Shown here in pieces: positions 1 through 7,578 of a stretch of 20,000 nt of DNA. The position numbers and the translations under genes are program-made. The first letter of the stretch is position 1, and every line of letters starts with the position of its first letter. A model generated the notes under the pieces. The model made no database searches, was not told where the DNA came from, and worked only from the letters and a program-made list of their open reading frames with translations. Source of the stretch: an uncultured virus (IMG/VR IMGVR_UViG_3300031758_009617) (lineage: Duplodnaviria; Heunggongvirae; Uroviricota; Caudoviricetes); IMG/VR virus record IMGVR_UViG_3300031758_009617; one strand, written 5' to 3'.

Positions 1-817
1 AGATATATACTCCATTATTATATGTTCCTGTGTGGGATACACAACTACCATCTCCAGTATAGTAACATGCATTTGAGTCATAATATAAATCAACTCTCGA
101 ACTATCACCACAATCACTATTAAATGCCCAGAATCCCGTGCCATTTGCACTACAACATGCACTACCGGTGTGGTTTCCCCCACAAGAACCGCCACCACCT
201 CCAGTATAACCACATGTGGGAGAATCATATTCAGCAACATCTACATATGAACCACAATTCCCATTAGCAAAATTTCCATACAGAGTATATCCACTACAAT
301 ATGCAGTTGACAAATATTCCCCGTATTGAGGTGGTGGGGCATAAAGTGTATATGTGGGCCCAAAAGGTAAATATTGTCCTGTGTTATAATTGTATAATCG
401 CATACGAAAAGATACATTCTGGCAGGCTACCTCTGTACTAGCGTTTACCGTACCTGTTGTACCACTGAATCCATATAATCCGGAATAACTACCTGTTGTA
501 ATATTTTGCACCTGTATATAATAGGGGCCTGAACTCGGTATGGAAAAAGATAGTGAGTAAACATAGTTGTTACCTGCCCCACTATCATATGTTACCGCAT
601 TGGTTATAGTGGGACCCACTGAGGCTGTATGGTTATACCCCCGCCATTCTGACATTGTGTGGGGTGCTTGACCATTTGGTCTAGATGTTGAACCGGTATT
701 TATTGTTACATATGAGCCTATTTCTGCCAAACGTAATCCTATACTGGCAGTAAGGCTTCGCCCCAATTCTTGGTTAATGTTCCCTAGAGAAACGGCACCT
801 GATGATTGGATAGCCAT
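1..817 (-). CDS. Putative fibre-tip/adhesin-like virion protein, Cys/Gly/Tyr-rich (3'-truncated; not in ORF track)
   Basis: ATG at 817-815 overlaps the upstream TAA (TAATG). Manual translation is open to the window edge: MAIQSSGAVSLGNINQELGRSLTASIGLRLAEIGSYVTINTGSTSRPNGQAPHTMSEWRGYNHT...YCSGYTLYGNFANGNCGSYVDVAEYDSPTCGYTGGGGGSCGENHTGSACCSANG... The N-terminus is paralogous to that of 8555..10000. Confidence 0.85.
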   Translation of the reverse strand, partial: MAIQSSGAVSLGNINQELGRSLTASIGLRLAEIGSYVTINTGSTSRPNGQAPHTMSEWRGYNHTASVGPTITNAVTYDSGAGNNYVYSLSFSIPSSGPYYIQVQNITTGSYSGLYGFSGTTGTVNASTEVACQNVSFRMRLYNYNTGQYLPFGPTYTLYAPPPQYGEYLSTAYCSGYTLYGNFANGNCGSYVDVAEYDSPTCGYTGGGGGSCGGNHTGSACCSANGTGFWAFNSDCGDSSRVDLYYDSNACYYTGDGSCVSHTGTYNNGVYI

Positions 818-1536
818 TAGACATTGATTGCTGTTGCTACAATCTTATACACCGTTGAGGCATTTGCAGGTGTTGTCAACAGACGAAGATTGCCCCCTGA
901 GATATCTGCATCAAATGACGCCAATGATACCCCTGTCAAAATAGTACCATATTCAGTGATGTATGCATCAGTTCCATCGTGGATGATACTTACTTCAGTC
1001 ATATGATATGCAGAACCTGATGTGATGGAAATTTGATATTTCACACTTCTATACGTTGCAATTGCAATACTATCCGCTACTTGATTTGCTGTTGTGGCGG
1101 AGGTTGTCAGTGTAGCTGAACGAAGAATACCGTTAGCCAATGCAACCGATGTTGCTGATGCCACACCCAACGTAGGTGTTGTCAGTGTAGGACTTGTTAG
1201 CGTAGGACTTGTTAGCGTCTTGTTTGTTAATGTTTCTGTGCCCGCTAACGTGGCAAAATCGCTGTCAGTTAACGCGGTATTAAATTCTGCAATAGTCCCT
1301 GTTATTGTGTTATTACCTAACGTAACAGTTTTGTTTGTTAATGTAGACACACTTGTAGGTGTAATGGCTGTTGTATTAGACAAATCAGATTTTGCCAAAG
1401 AAAACCCACCTTGGGTGGTGCCATCATGAACACGTAGAGTTTTAAGAGTTGTGTCTACCGAAATTTCACCCGCAGCGCCGGTGAAATTATTATTTTGTGT
1501 TGTTGTTCCTCTACGAAACTGCACCTGTGTTGGCAT
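817..1536 (-). CDS. Fibre-like virion protein with Mtd_N/hyaluronidase-N-like N-terminal domain
   Basis: N-terminus QVQFRRGTT...GAAGEISVDTTLKTLRVHDGTT-GG, then TLTNKTLTSPTL fibre-shaft repeats. The C-terminal domain (IIHDGT..YITEYG..LASFDADI.GGNLRL) is shared with 4487..4900. RBS AGGAG upstream. Confidence 0.8.
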   Translation of the reverse strand: MPTQVQFRRGTTTQNNNFTGAAGEISVDTTLKTLRVHDGTTQGGFSLAKSDLSNTTAITPTSVSTLTNKTVTLGNNTITGTIAEFNTALTDSDFATLAGTETLTNKTLTSPTLTSPTLTTPTLGVASATSVALANGILRSATLTTSATTANQVADSIAIATYRSVKYQISITSGSAYHMTEVSIIHDGTDAYITEYGTILTGVSLASFDADISGGNLRLLTTPANASTVYKIVATAINV

Positions 1537-1567
1537 CTATAAATCTCCTGTATCTCTATATTTTATA

Positions 1568-1921
1568 TTAAAGACTTTCTAAATCTGTTTCTAACAAAGA
1601 TCCTGCCGGTGTCGTTAAACAATCATAGGATCTACTCACTAAGACGCCAAACGCATCTACAGTTAAAGCATCTAAATCCCCGTAATCTCCTGACGGGAAC
1701 ACTGAGCCTAACAAAGCAGTTTCAACAGCATCTAAACGGGTGTCAATTTCACTTGGATCAATATCAACGTAATTGGCAACAGGTACAATTTCATCATTTG
1801 ATTTTCTAATATAAAAGATTTTATCAATTGAATTTATAGCAAGTTCACCAACCGCCAAATCATTGACGGTTGGTATAGCTAATGCTAACTCGCTTCTTTT
1901 AAGTTTAATTATTGTTGCCAT
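1568..1921 (-). CDS. Small virion structural/fibre adaptor protein
   Basis: N-terminus IIKLKRS...P...L..GELAIN..D..FY is the same module type as the N-terminus of 2113..3894. Acidic C-terminal part with GDYGDL. Confidence 0.7.
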   Translation of the reverse strand: MATIIKLKRSELALAIPTVNDLAVGELAINSIDKIFYIRKSNDEIVPVANYVDIDPSEIDTRLDAVETALLGSVFPSGDYGDLDALTVDAFGVLVSRSYDCLTTPAGSLLETDLESL

Positions 1922-2091
1922 TGACTATTTTCTTCAGATGCCGGGGAAGTATCTAACTTCTTTTTCATTTCTTCCAACTCCTCTTGGGTGAGAGCAAGTT
2001 GGGCAGATAACATTGTTTTTTCCATTGTTAACTGTTTGACTTGTTCACCCAAAGAGGCGATGTACTTGTTTAAAAGTTTTTGTGTGTCCAT
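1909..2091 (-). CDS. Small coiled-coil protein (possible fibre assembly helper)
   Basis: 60 aa with a heptad-like Leu/Gln/Glu pattern. It fills the gap between two fibre genes and overlaps the next start by 13 nt. Confidence 0.65.
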   Translation of the reverse strand: MDTQKLLNKYIASLGEQVKQLTMEKTMLSAQLALTQEELEEMKKKLDTSPASEENSQWQQ

Positions 2092-2112
2092 AACGAGTCT
2101 CTATTCAGATTA

Positions 2113-3894
2113 TTAGTAAGTACCACCATCAATGACATTTGACCAACTTGGTGTGCCATTGTTTGACTTCAAGAAGTAATTGTTTGTGCCTGCTGCTGTT
2201 GCTTGAATGGCGCCTGTGCCATTACCATACAATACACCGTTACTTGTCAATGTTGAAGCACCTGTACCACCATCTGCAACACCGATTGCTGAAGCTAGAC
2301 TTGAAACAGTACCGCCTGTCAAGTTGGCTAAGATTGTACCAACTGAGTAACCTGTACCACTTACGTTAACAGTTGTTGATGGTTCTGATTCTAATCCTTT
2401 GAAGAACTTGAAGATGTTGTTATCAGACGCATCGCGGAAGAAACCAGCATACTTCGTTGTTGATGATTCAACATATTCAGCATAGACACCTGAGTCAACT
2501 GAGTTACCTGTGTTGTTATCAGCCAACTTCAAGAGTACGTCATCAATTGTTACAGTTGTTGAGTTTACAATTGTTGATGAACCGTTAACTGTTAAGTTAC
2601 CTGCCACAGTTACGTTGGCGCCATCAAGTGTCAAGGCAGTTGCGCCTGTTGATGACTTGATATCGTTACCTGTAACTTGTAAATCACCCTTAACTTCAAC
2701 ATTGGCGCCTGACAATGTGAGTGCTGTTGCTGATGAGGATTTGATATCGTTACCTGTAACTGTCAAATCACCTGCAACTGCGACATCAGCACCTGAAAGA
2801 GTAAGTGCTGTGGCTGATGAGGACTTGATGTCATTACCTGTAACAGTTAAATCACCTGCTACTGCAACGTCACCTGAGCCTGAGAATGTAATGGCTGTTG
2901 TGCCACCACTCATCTTGATGTCGTTACCACCAACTGTCAAATCACCTACCAATGCCACATCTTCAGTTAATGCAACTGTAACAGCAGCCGTTTCTGAGCC
3001 TGAGCCAGTGATGGAAATTTGATTTGCTGTACCCGCAACAGTAGCAACATAGTTACCTGTTGTGTCTGTACCTAGTGCTACTGAGTTAGCGGCAATAGAA
3101 ACTACACCTGCTTCAGTTACACTGATATCACCTGACAATCCGGCATAGATGTAATCTGCAACGTTTTCTGCTGTGATGCGACGATTTGCTTCTGCTGAGG
3201 CATCATAGACCAAGAATTCATCTGAATCAGCCAATGATGTTAATGATGTGCCGCCTGCAATATCAACCTTTGTGGCTTGTACTGAGTTGATAACAACGTT
3301 ACCTGATGATACTGTGAAGTTGGTACTGTTGAATGATGCAATACCCTTGTTGGTATCAGATGCATCTTCTGCTGAAATTGTTACTACGTTATCGGTAATT
3401 GATGTATCAATACCTTCGCCACCGGTGAATGTTAATGTTTCACCTGTTGTGAAATTGTCAGTACCTGTGTCACCTGCAATTGTGAAGGATCCTGATGGAA
3501 CGGCAGCAAATGAAAGATTACCTGAACCGTCAGTCTTTAAATATTGGTCTGCACTGAATGTTGAAGGTAATGTGTATGTAACGTTGGCTGCAACTGTGTT
3601 AGGTGCCTTTAATGTGACAGAATGTGTAGCATCGGCATCCTTTAATTCCACCTTTGCGCCCACTGTTCCTGTGGCAGGAACTAAGAAGGCATCAACTGTG
3701 TTGGTGTAGTATTTACCACCTACTTTATCAATAACTTGGGTAGTACCGTCTGAACCTACAGATTCGATGTAGAGAATAGCGCCGGCGCCGCTGTTGGAGC
3801 GGTCTTGACTATACGCTAATTCGCCTTCTGCTAAGGCAGATGTTGCTGGTGCTGTTGATCCTGAAGAACGCTTAATTTGAATTACTGTTGACAT
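2113..3894 (-). CDS. Tail-fibre-like protein with internal 28-aa repeats
   Basis: N-terminus VIQIKRSSG...LAEGELAY. Contains YLKTDGSGNLSF, FTIAGDTGTD and GDLTVTGNDIKS repeats and ends in IDGGTY. Gly/Thr/Ser/Val-rich. RBS AGGAG upstream. Confidence 0.85.
   Translation of the reverse strand: MSTVIQIKRSSGSTAPATSALAEGELAYSQDRSNSGAGAILYIESVGSDGTTQVIDKVGGKYYTNTVDAFLVPATGTVGAKVELKDADATHSVTLKAPNTVAANVTYTLPSTFSADQYLKTDGSGNLSFAAVPSGSFTIAGDTGTDNFTTGETLTFTGGEGIDTSITDNVVTISAEDASDTNKGIASFNSTNFTVSSGNVVINSVQATKVDIAGGTSLTSLADSDEFLVYDASAEANRRITAENVADYIYAGLSGDISVTEAGVVSIAANSVALGTDTTGNYVATVAGTANQISITGSGSETAAVTVALTEDVALVGDLTVGGNDIKMSGGTTAITFSGSGDVAVAGDLTVTGNDIKSSSATALTLSGADVAVAGDLTVTGNDIKSSSATALTLSGANVEVKGDLQVTGNDIKSSTGATALTLDGANVTVAGNLTVNGSSTIVNSTTVTIDDVLLKLADNNTGNSVDSGVYAEYVESSTTKYAGFFRDASDNNIFKFFKGLESEPSTTVNVSGTGYSVGTILANLTGGTVSSLASAIGVADGGTGASTLTSNGVLYGNGTGAIQATAAGTNNYFLKSNNGTPSWSNVIDGGTY
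2580..2960 (-). repeat. About 4 imperfect 84-90 bp coding repeats (VAVAGDLTVTGNDIKSSSATALTLSGAD)
   Basis: The ttgat(a/g)tc(g/a)ttacc core recurs at about 2657, 2741, 2825 and 2915, with synonymous divergence between copies. Confidence 0.85.
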
Positions 3895-3915
3895 GGAAAA
3901 TCTCCTGTGGGTTTT

Positions 3916-4128
3916 TTAATATGTTCCGCCATCTATATTCGTTGCTGATGCTTGAATTTGCTGTGCATCCCAACGTTGTTCCGTTTCATTCCATATCAAA
4001 GTGGCGCCATCTTCTAAATTATCTTTATTCACGTTCTTCAATTCTTCTAAATTAACTAGAGGTAACGAAACCTTTTTTACATTTGTATTAATTCTTTGAG
4101 GTGTTGATACTTGTACTTTGAGTGCCAT
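3916..4128 (-). CDS. Small virion protein ending in IDGGTY
   Basis: 70 aa with an L.EL.NV....LEDGATLIWN...QRW motif and the same C-terminal IDGGTY as 2113..3894. TAATG-coupled to the upstream gene. Confidence 0.75.
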   Translation of the reverse strand: MALKVQVSTPQRINTNVKKVSLPLVNLEELKNVNKDNLEDGATLIWNETEQRWDAQQIQASATNIDGGTY

Positions 4129-4460
4129 TATCGTGTGACCTCGGGTGTTACGGTTACTATCCCTTCAAGAACTCTGGTAATTACATCATCATTTTCAATT
4201 TCAATATCATAGACATATCGACCAAAACGTAATGCTCCTGTTTGAGTTGATGTTAATGATAATGTAATCACCCCATTCTCAGGTTCATCACCTGCAGAAG
4301 TTGTGAATTGAGTATACGTATTCGACCCATAACTTTTACGCATTTGAGCACGAATGGTATAATCAGTTAAATCTAAAGGATTGCCCAAGGCGTCAGACAG
4401 TTCAATGGAAATTGAATATGTACTACCTTGGTCAATAACTAAATTACGAGCAGTTGCCAT
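4128..4460 (-). CDS. Conserved virion structural protein (BppU N-terminal-like beta-sandwich)
   Basis: NLVIDQGSTYS...PLDLTDYT.RAQMRKSY...G.ITLSLT..QT..L..GRYVYDIEI...RVLEG.VTVTPEVTR, a pattern typical of small structural proteins in T4-like phages. A late promoter motif lies just upstream. Confidence 0.75.
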   Translation of the reverse strand: MATARNLVIDQGSTYSISIELSDALGNPLDLTDYTIRAQMRKSYGSNTYTQFTTSAGDEPENGVITLSLTSTQTGALRFGRYVYDIEIENDDVITRVLEGIVTVTPEVTR

Positions 4461-4468
4461 ATGTTGAA

Positions 4469-4476
4469 TATTTATA
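4469..4476 (-). promoter_or_regulatory. T4-type late promoter TATAAATA
   Basis: Perfect TATAAATA on the minus strand, intergenic, 8 nt upstream of the ATG at 4460. Confidence 0.75.
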
Positions 4477-4486
4477 GTTTTTGAAA

Positions 4487-4900
4487 TTATGCCTGAATTG
4501 TCATAGCAGAAAAACGAAACACCGTTGATGATGCATTTGTAGGCGTAACTAAAATACGAAGATTTCCACTATTAATATCAGCATCAAATGTTGCCAAAGA
4601 GTTTCCTGTCAATACAGTGCCATATTCAGTTAAATACACAGTGGTTCCATCATGAATAATCATGAGAGATGTGGCATGAAACTCACTCGTAGTTGTGTTG
4701 GCAACTTGAACAATGTATCGCAATGTTCTAACAGAAGATGCTGCAACAGAATCCAATAGTTGATTTAATGACGTACTTGTTGTTGTTAACGTTCCTGCAC
4801 GACCTTCAACCTTGAAACTATTCAAGTTTGAGAGATTGTCATCAAGTTCTTGATGTGTTAATGTTGATCCTTTAACTGTTCGTAATGTTAACGTTGCCAT
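4487..4900 (-). CDS. Short fibre-like protein (anchor plus head domain, no shaft)
   Basis: N-terminus MATLTLR..KGSTLTHQELDDN matches the N-terminus of 10022..10972. The C-terminal ~100 aa match the C-terminus of 817..1536. Confidence 0.8.
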   Translation of the reverse strand: MATLTLRTVKGSTLTHQELDDNLSNLNSFKVEGRAGTLTTTSTSLNQLLDSVAASSVRTLRYIVQVANTTTSEFHATSLMIIHDGTTVYLTEYGTVLTGNSLATFDADINSGNLRILVTPTNASSTVFRFSAMTIQA

Positions 4901-4928
4901 TGAGAAATCCTAATTAATCGTTCTATAG

Positions 4929-4936
4929 TATTTATA
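4929..4936 (-). promoter_or_regulatory. T4-type late promoter TATAAATA
   Basis: Perfect motif overlapping the stop codon of 4932..5600, 28 nt upstream of the ATG at 4900. Confidence 0.7.
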
Positions 4937-5600
4937 CATGCGGTGCCCATTTATTTAATGGACATGACGCTGAGGCGAGTTGAGTCTTGGTTTTCATGAA
5001 ACAACCACACTCAGTACAGCGAAATGCATCTTTTTCCAACTTGTCACATGACTGACAAATATTCATACGTTCAAATCCCACTTCAGTAGGAACAATGACA
5101 GGCAATCCTTTTGCGGCGTTTTTTCCTGTTTTCCACATTTCTTTGGCAAGATTCCGTGCCTGTTGAAATACTGAAGGAAACTTATGAAGGGTTTCCTTCT
5201 CCTGTTCTAAAAAATAATCAACCTTTAAAATGGTTTCTTGTTCTTCAGGTGTGAAACGAGCTTGTTCATATGTCAATCCTGTCATCATTTTTGTGATGAT
5301 GTTTAAATCATCATTCAATGTGTTATTGAATATGGCAAATCGCCAGAACACAGGAGTTTGATTTTTCGGAAGAAAATAGTATAATGTGGGAGTTTGGGCA
5401 CGAGGAAATCCCATGAGATGTTCTGGGATACACATGGTGTAATATACCACAGGTGTAGGATGTTCTTGTAGCTTTTGTTCTAACTGCTGCTGTTCTGGTT
5501 TTAATCCATTTTCACACCCTTCAGATATCACAAGTATTAAAATGGGCACAGACGATGTATCAATGATGTTGGCTACATCAGGAAATGTGTTTGGTTGCAT
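4932..5600 (-). CDS. Putative thioredoxin-like fold fused to a C-terminal Cys-rich (DUF6171-like) domain
   Basis: The C-terminus is R..IC..C...RC..CGCFM..KT.L....CP..KW (6 Cys). The N-terminal half has a thioredoxin-like pattern (hydrophobic strand, SEGC, helix, TPTLYYF) but no canonical CxxC. Confidence 0.55.
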   Translation of the reverse strand: MQPNTFPDVANIIDTSSVPILILVISEGCENGLKPEQQQLEQKLQEHPTPVVYYTMCIPEHLMGFPRAQTPTLYYFLPKNQTPVFWRFAIFNNTLNDDLNIITKMMTGLTYEQARFTPEEQETILKVDYFLEQEKETLHKFPSVFQQARNLAKEMWKTGKNAAKGLPVIVPTEVGFERMNICQSCDKLEKDAFRCTECGCFMKTKTQLASASCPLNKWAPHV

Positions 5601-6385
5601 TATTCTTTCACATATTTAAGGATTAAATCACTAGGAAATAGTTCACTATTATTTCGTAAAAAGACGTAATATTTTTCATATACGTCGGTGAGGTTCATGT
5701 CATTACGTAAAGGTTCTTTTGCATAATCTTGTGATGCTGCTTTATGTTGTTCAAAATTATTGGGGTCATTAATATTTCCACTTTGTTTATGTCCTGCTAT
5801 TTCATGTGGGTCTGACCAATTGAAACAATATGAGGGAACGTAGTGTGTGTAATGTTCATCTAATTGTTTTTCATCGCGTAATTTAGTATACCAACTCAAT
5901 CCCTCATATCCTGTGATGTCTGAGCGAAATCCAATTTGTCGAATCCGAGGCATTTTCACAATAACACTTGCTTCCAATGTATTTTGTGTAAGTTCTAATT
6001 TATGTTGAGTGGCAAAGAAACTTTTTTGAGGTTTCCATGCATCTGTACCCACTTCTTCTATTTTATCTACAGCTTGTTGAATATGCCAAGGTAGGTAAAT
6101 GTCGTCATCATCAGCCAACATGAAATAATCACCTGTGGCGTAGATTACTGCATCACGACAAATTTGTCCTCGATTAGTATACGGAAGACCTGTTTGCATA
6201 TCAGTGTTATTGTTTATTAATACAATACGGTCATCAGAAAATCCCAATGACATAGGATATTCCATATCTGTATTTAGGATAATCAGTTCTTTGTTTGGGT
6301 ATGTTTGTGCATTAAACTGCGCAATGATTCTATTGACACATGTATATCTTCTAAATGATGTACAGACAAAACTAACTTTTTTCAT
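5600..6385 (-). CDS. Glycosyltransferase family 2 (GT-A fold)
   Basis: VSFVCTSFRR...QTYPNKELIILNTD...RG..CR.AV..ATGDYFMLADDDDIYLP are canonical GT2 N-terminal motifs, including the DDDD (DxD) motif. Confidence 0.9.
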   Translation of the reverse strand: MKKVSFVCTSFRRYTCVNRIIAQFNAQTYPNKELIILNTDMEYPMSLGFSDDRIVLINNNTDMQTGLPYTNRGQICRDAVIYATGDYFMLADDDDIYLPWHIQQAVDKIEEVGTDAWKPQKSFFATQHKLELTQNTLEASVIVKMPRIRQIGFRSDITGYEGLSWYTKLRDEKQLDEHYTHYVPSYCFNWSDPHEIAGHKQSGNINDPNNFEQHKAASQDYAKEPLRNDMNLTDVYEKYYVFLRNNSELFPSDLILKYVKE

Positions 6386-7008
6386 AACTGTTCCTGGTTA
6401 TTTAATCTATTCCAAATTTCAGGCGACCAACTGTACAATGATAAATGTTTTGCATATTTATTTTCAAATTCTCCGTACACAAAATATTCTATATTCTTTT
6501 CCCTCATCTTGTTTTTAATAACTTCGTGTGTGGTTTCATAACTATACCCTAAAGAAGATTTAACAACACTACCAAACCAACTAGGCCCATACCAATTATT
6601 GCTATCATTTATTTGTTGTGTACAGTATTCTAGAACATCTAAATCTTTTTTTGCACCAAATACATTATTTGGAATAGTTAAGTCGCCTTCGTTGTGGTAT
6701 AAAAATACCCCATCATAATTTAAAAAATCGTCCAATGAATTCACCGGTTTAAAATCAATATCCAAGTAGAATCCTCCAAATTCTTTAACAGCCCAAATAC
6801 GTAACAAGTCTGCACAAAAAGCATAGTTTTTTATTGAGTAGAATTTGTCATACCAATTTTGAATATTTTTAGATAATGGTGGGGGCGAAGACCAGAAAAT
6901 ATATTCGTAATCCGAGTGCATCTCTTTTATTTCATTTGCTAGTTTCTGTTCTCGCTTGGGTAATTTAAAATCCCCTACCCATATTTGATGAATTATTTTT
7001 GGTATCAT
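6382..7008 (-). CDS. Glycosyltransferase family 32-like (Gly_transf_sug, DxD; OCH1/TcdA-like)
   Basis: IPKIIHQIWVG...ADLLRIWAVKEFGGFYLDIDF...NN...GP. ATGA overlap with the downstream gene. Confidence 0.9.
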   Translation of the reverse strand: MIPKIIHQIWVGDFKLPKREQKLANEIKEMHSDYEYIFWSSPPPLSKNIQNWYDKFYSIKNYAFCADLLRIWAVKEFGGFYLDIDFKPVNSLDDFLNYDGVFLYHNEGDLTIPNNVFGAKKDLDVLEYCTQQINDSNNWYGPSWFGSVVKSSLGYSYETTHEVIKNKMREKNIEYFVYGEFENKYAKHLSLYSWSPEIWNRLNNQEQL

Positions 7009-7578
7009 TCATCTTCTCCATACGGCATCTTCACCTTCTATAATTAATGTATATCTATTTTTTTGAAGGCGTGAATATGTCTGAGCCAATTCTTCTTTTA
7101 AGCAATGTGTTATTTCAAACTCTATTTGTATTGGATGAACAGAAGAATCAAGTATACTGTTAACAACTACACAATCATGACCCTCTGTGTCTATCTTAAC
7201 TAAATCCACAGATTCGATTTGATAACGTTCCACAAGGGTAGACCATGTGATGGCTTCTATTTTATGGTTAGTTAACATTCCTGTCTCTAACATCTTTTTT
7301 GCTTCAGAATGACCTCGGTGGGGTTTAATTATAGTGGCCCAACCTTTTGTGAAACCTAAATTATACTTTTCTTGATTTTCGGGTTCAACCCAAAATAAAT
7401 CTACTATGTTGTTTTCTGCTGATATAGCAACGTTTATCTTAGTTACATTAGGTTTATCGGGTAATCGGTCTAGATATGTTTTTACAGGTTCGACTGACAA
7501 ACCTATTTGTTCAGGTGTACACCCTTCTAATAACGTGTGGTAGTCGCATGTGCCTATTTCAACAAAATCATATCTCAT
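7009..7578 (-). CDS. FkbM-family SAM-dependent methyltransferase
   Basis: FVEIGT, GLSVEP, INVAIS, VDLVKIDTEGHDCVV and IEFE motifs. The ATG at 7578 overlaps the upstream TGA (ATGA) and is a better start than the TTG at 7587. Confidence 0.85.
   Translation of the reverse strand: MRYDFVEIGTCDYHTLLEGCTPEQIGLSVEPVKTYLDRLPDKPNVTKINVAISAENNIVDLFWVEPENQEKYNLGFTKGWATIIKPHRGHSEAKKMLETGMLTNHKIEAITWSTLVERYQIESVDLVKIDTEGHDCVVVNSILDSSVHPIQIEFEITHCLKEELAQTYSRLQKNRYTLIIEGEDAVWRR

Noticed and set aside
817..1536. Mtd_N-like domain suggesting a diversity-generating retroelement
   Set aside because: No reverse transcriptase and no adenine-variant TR/VR pair was seen in the window. This N-terminal domain is common in fibre proteins.
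1558..1566. TATAAAATA upstream of 817..1536 as a late promoter
   Set aside because: Imperfect match in an AT-rich spacer; cannot be supported from sequence alone.
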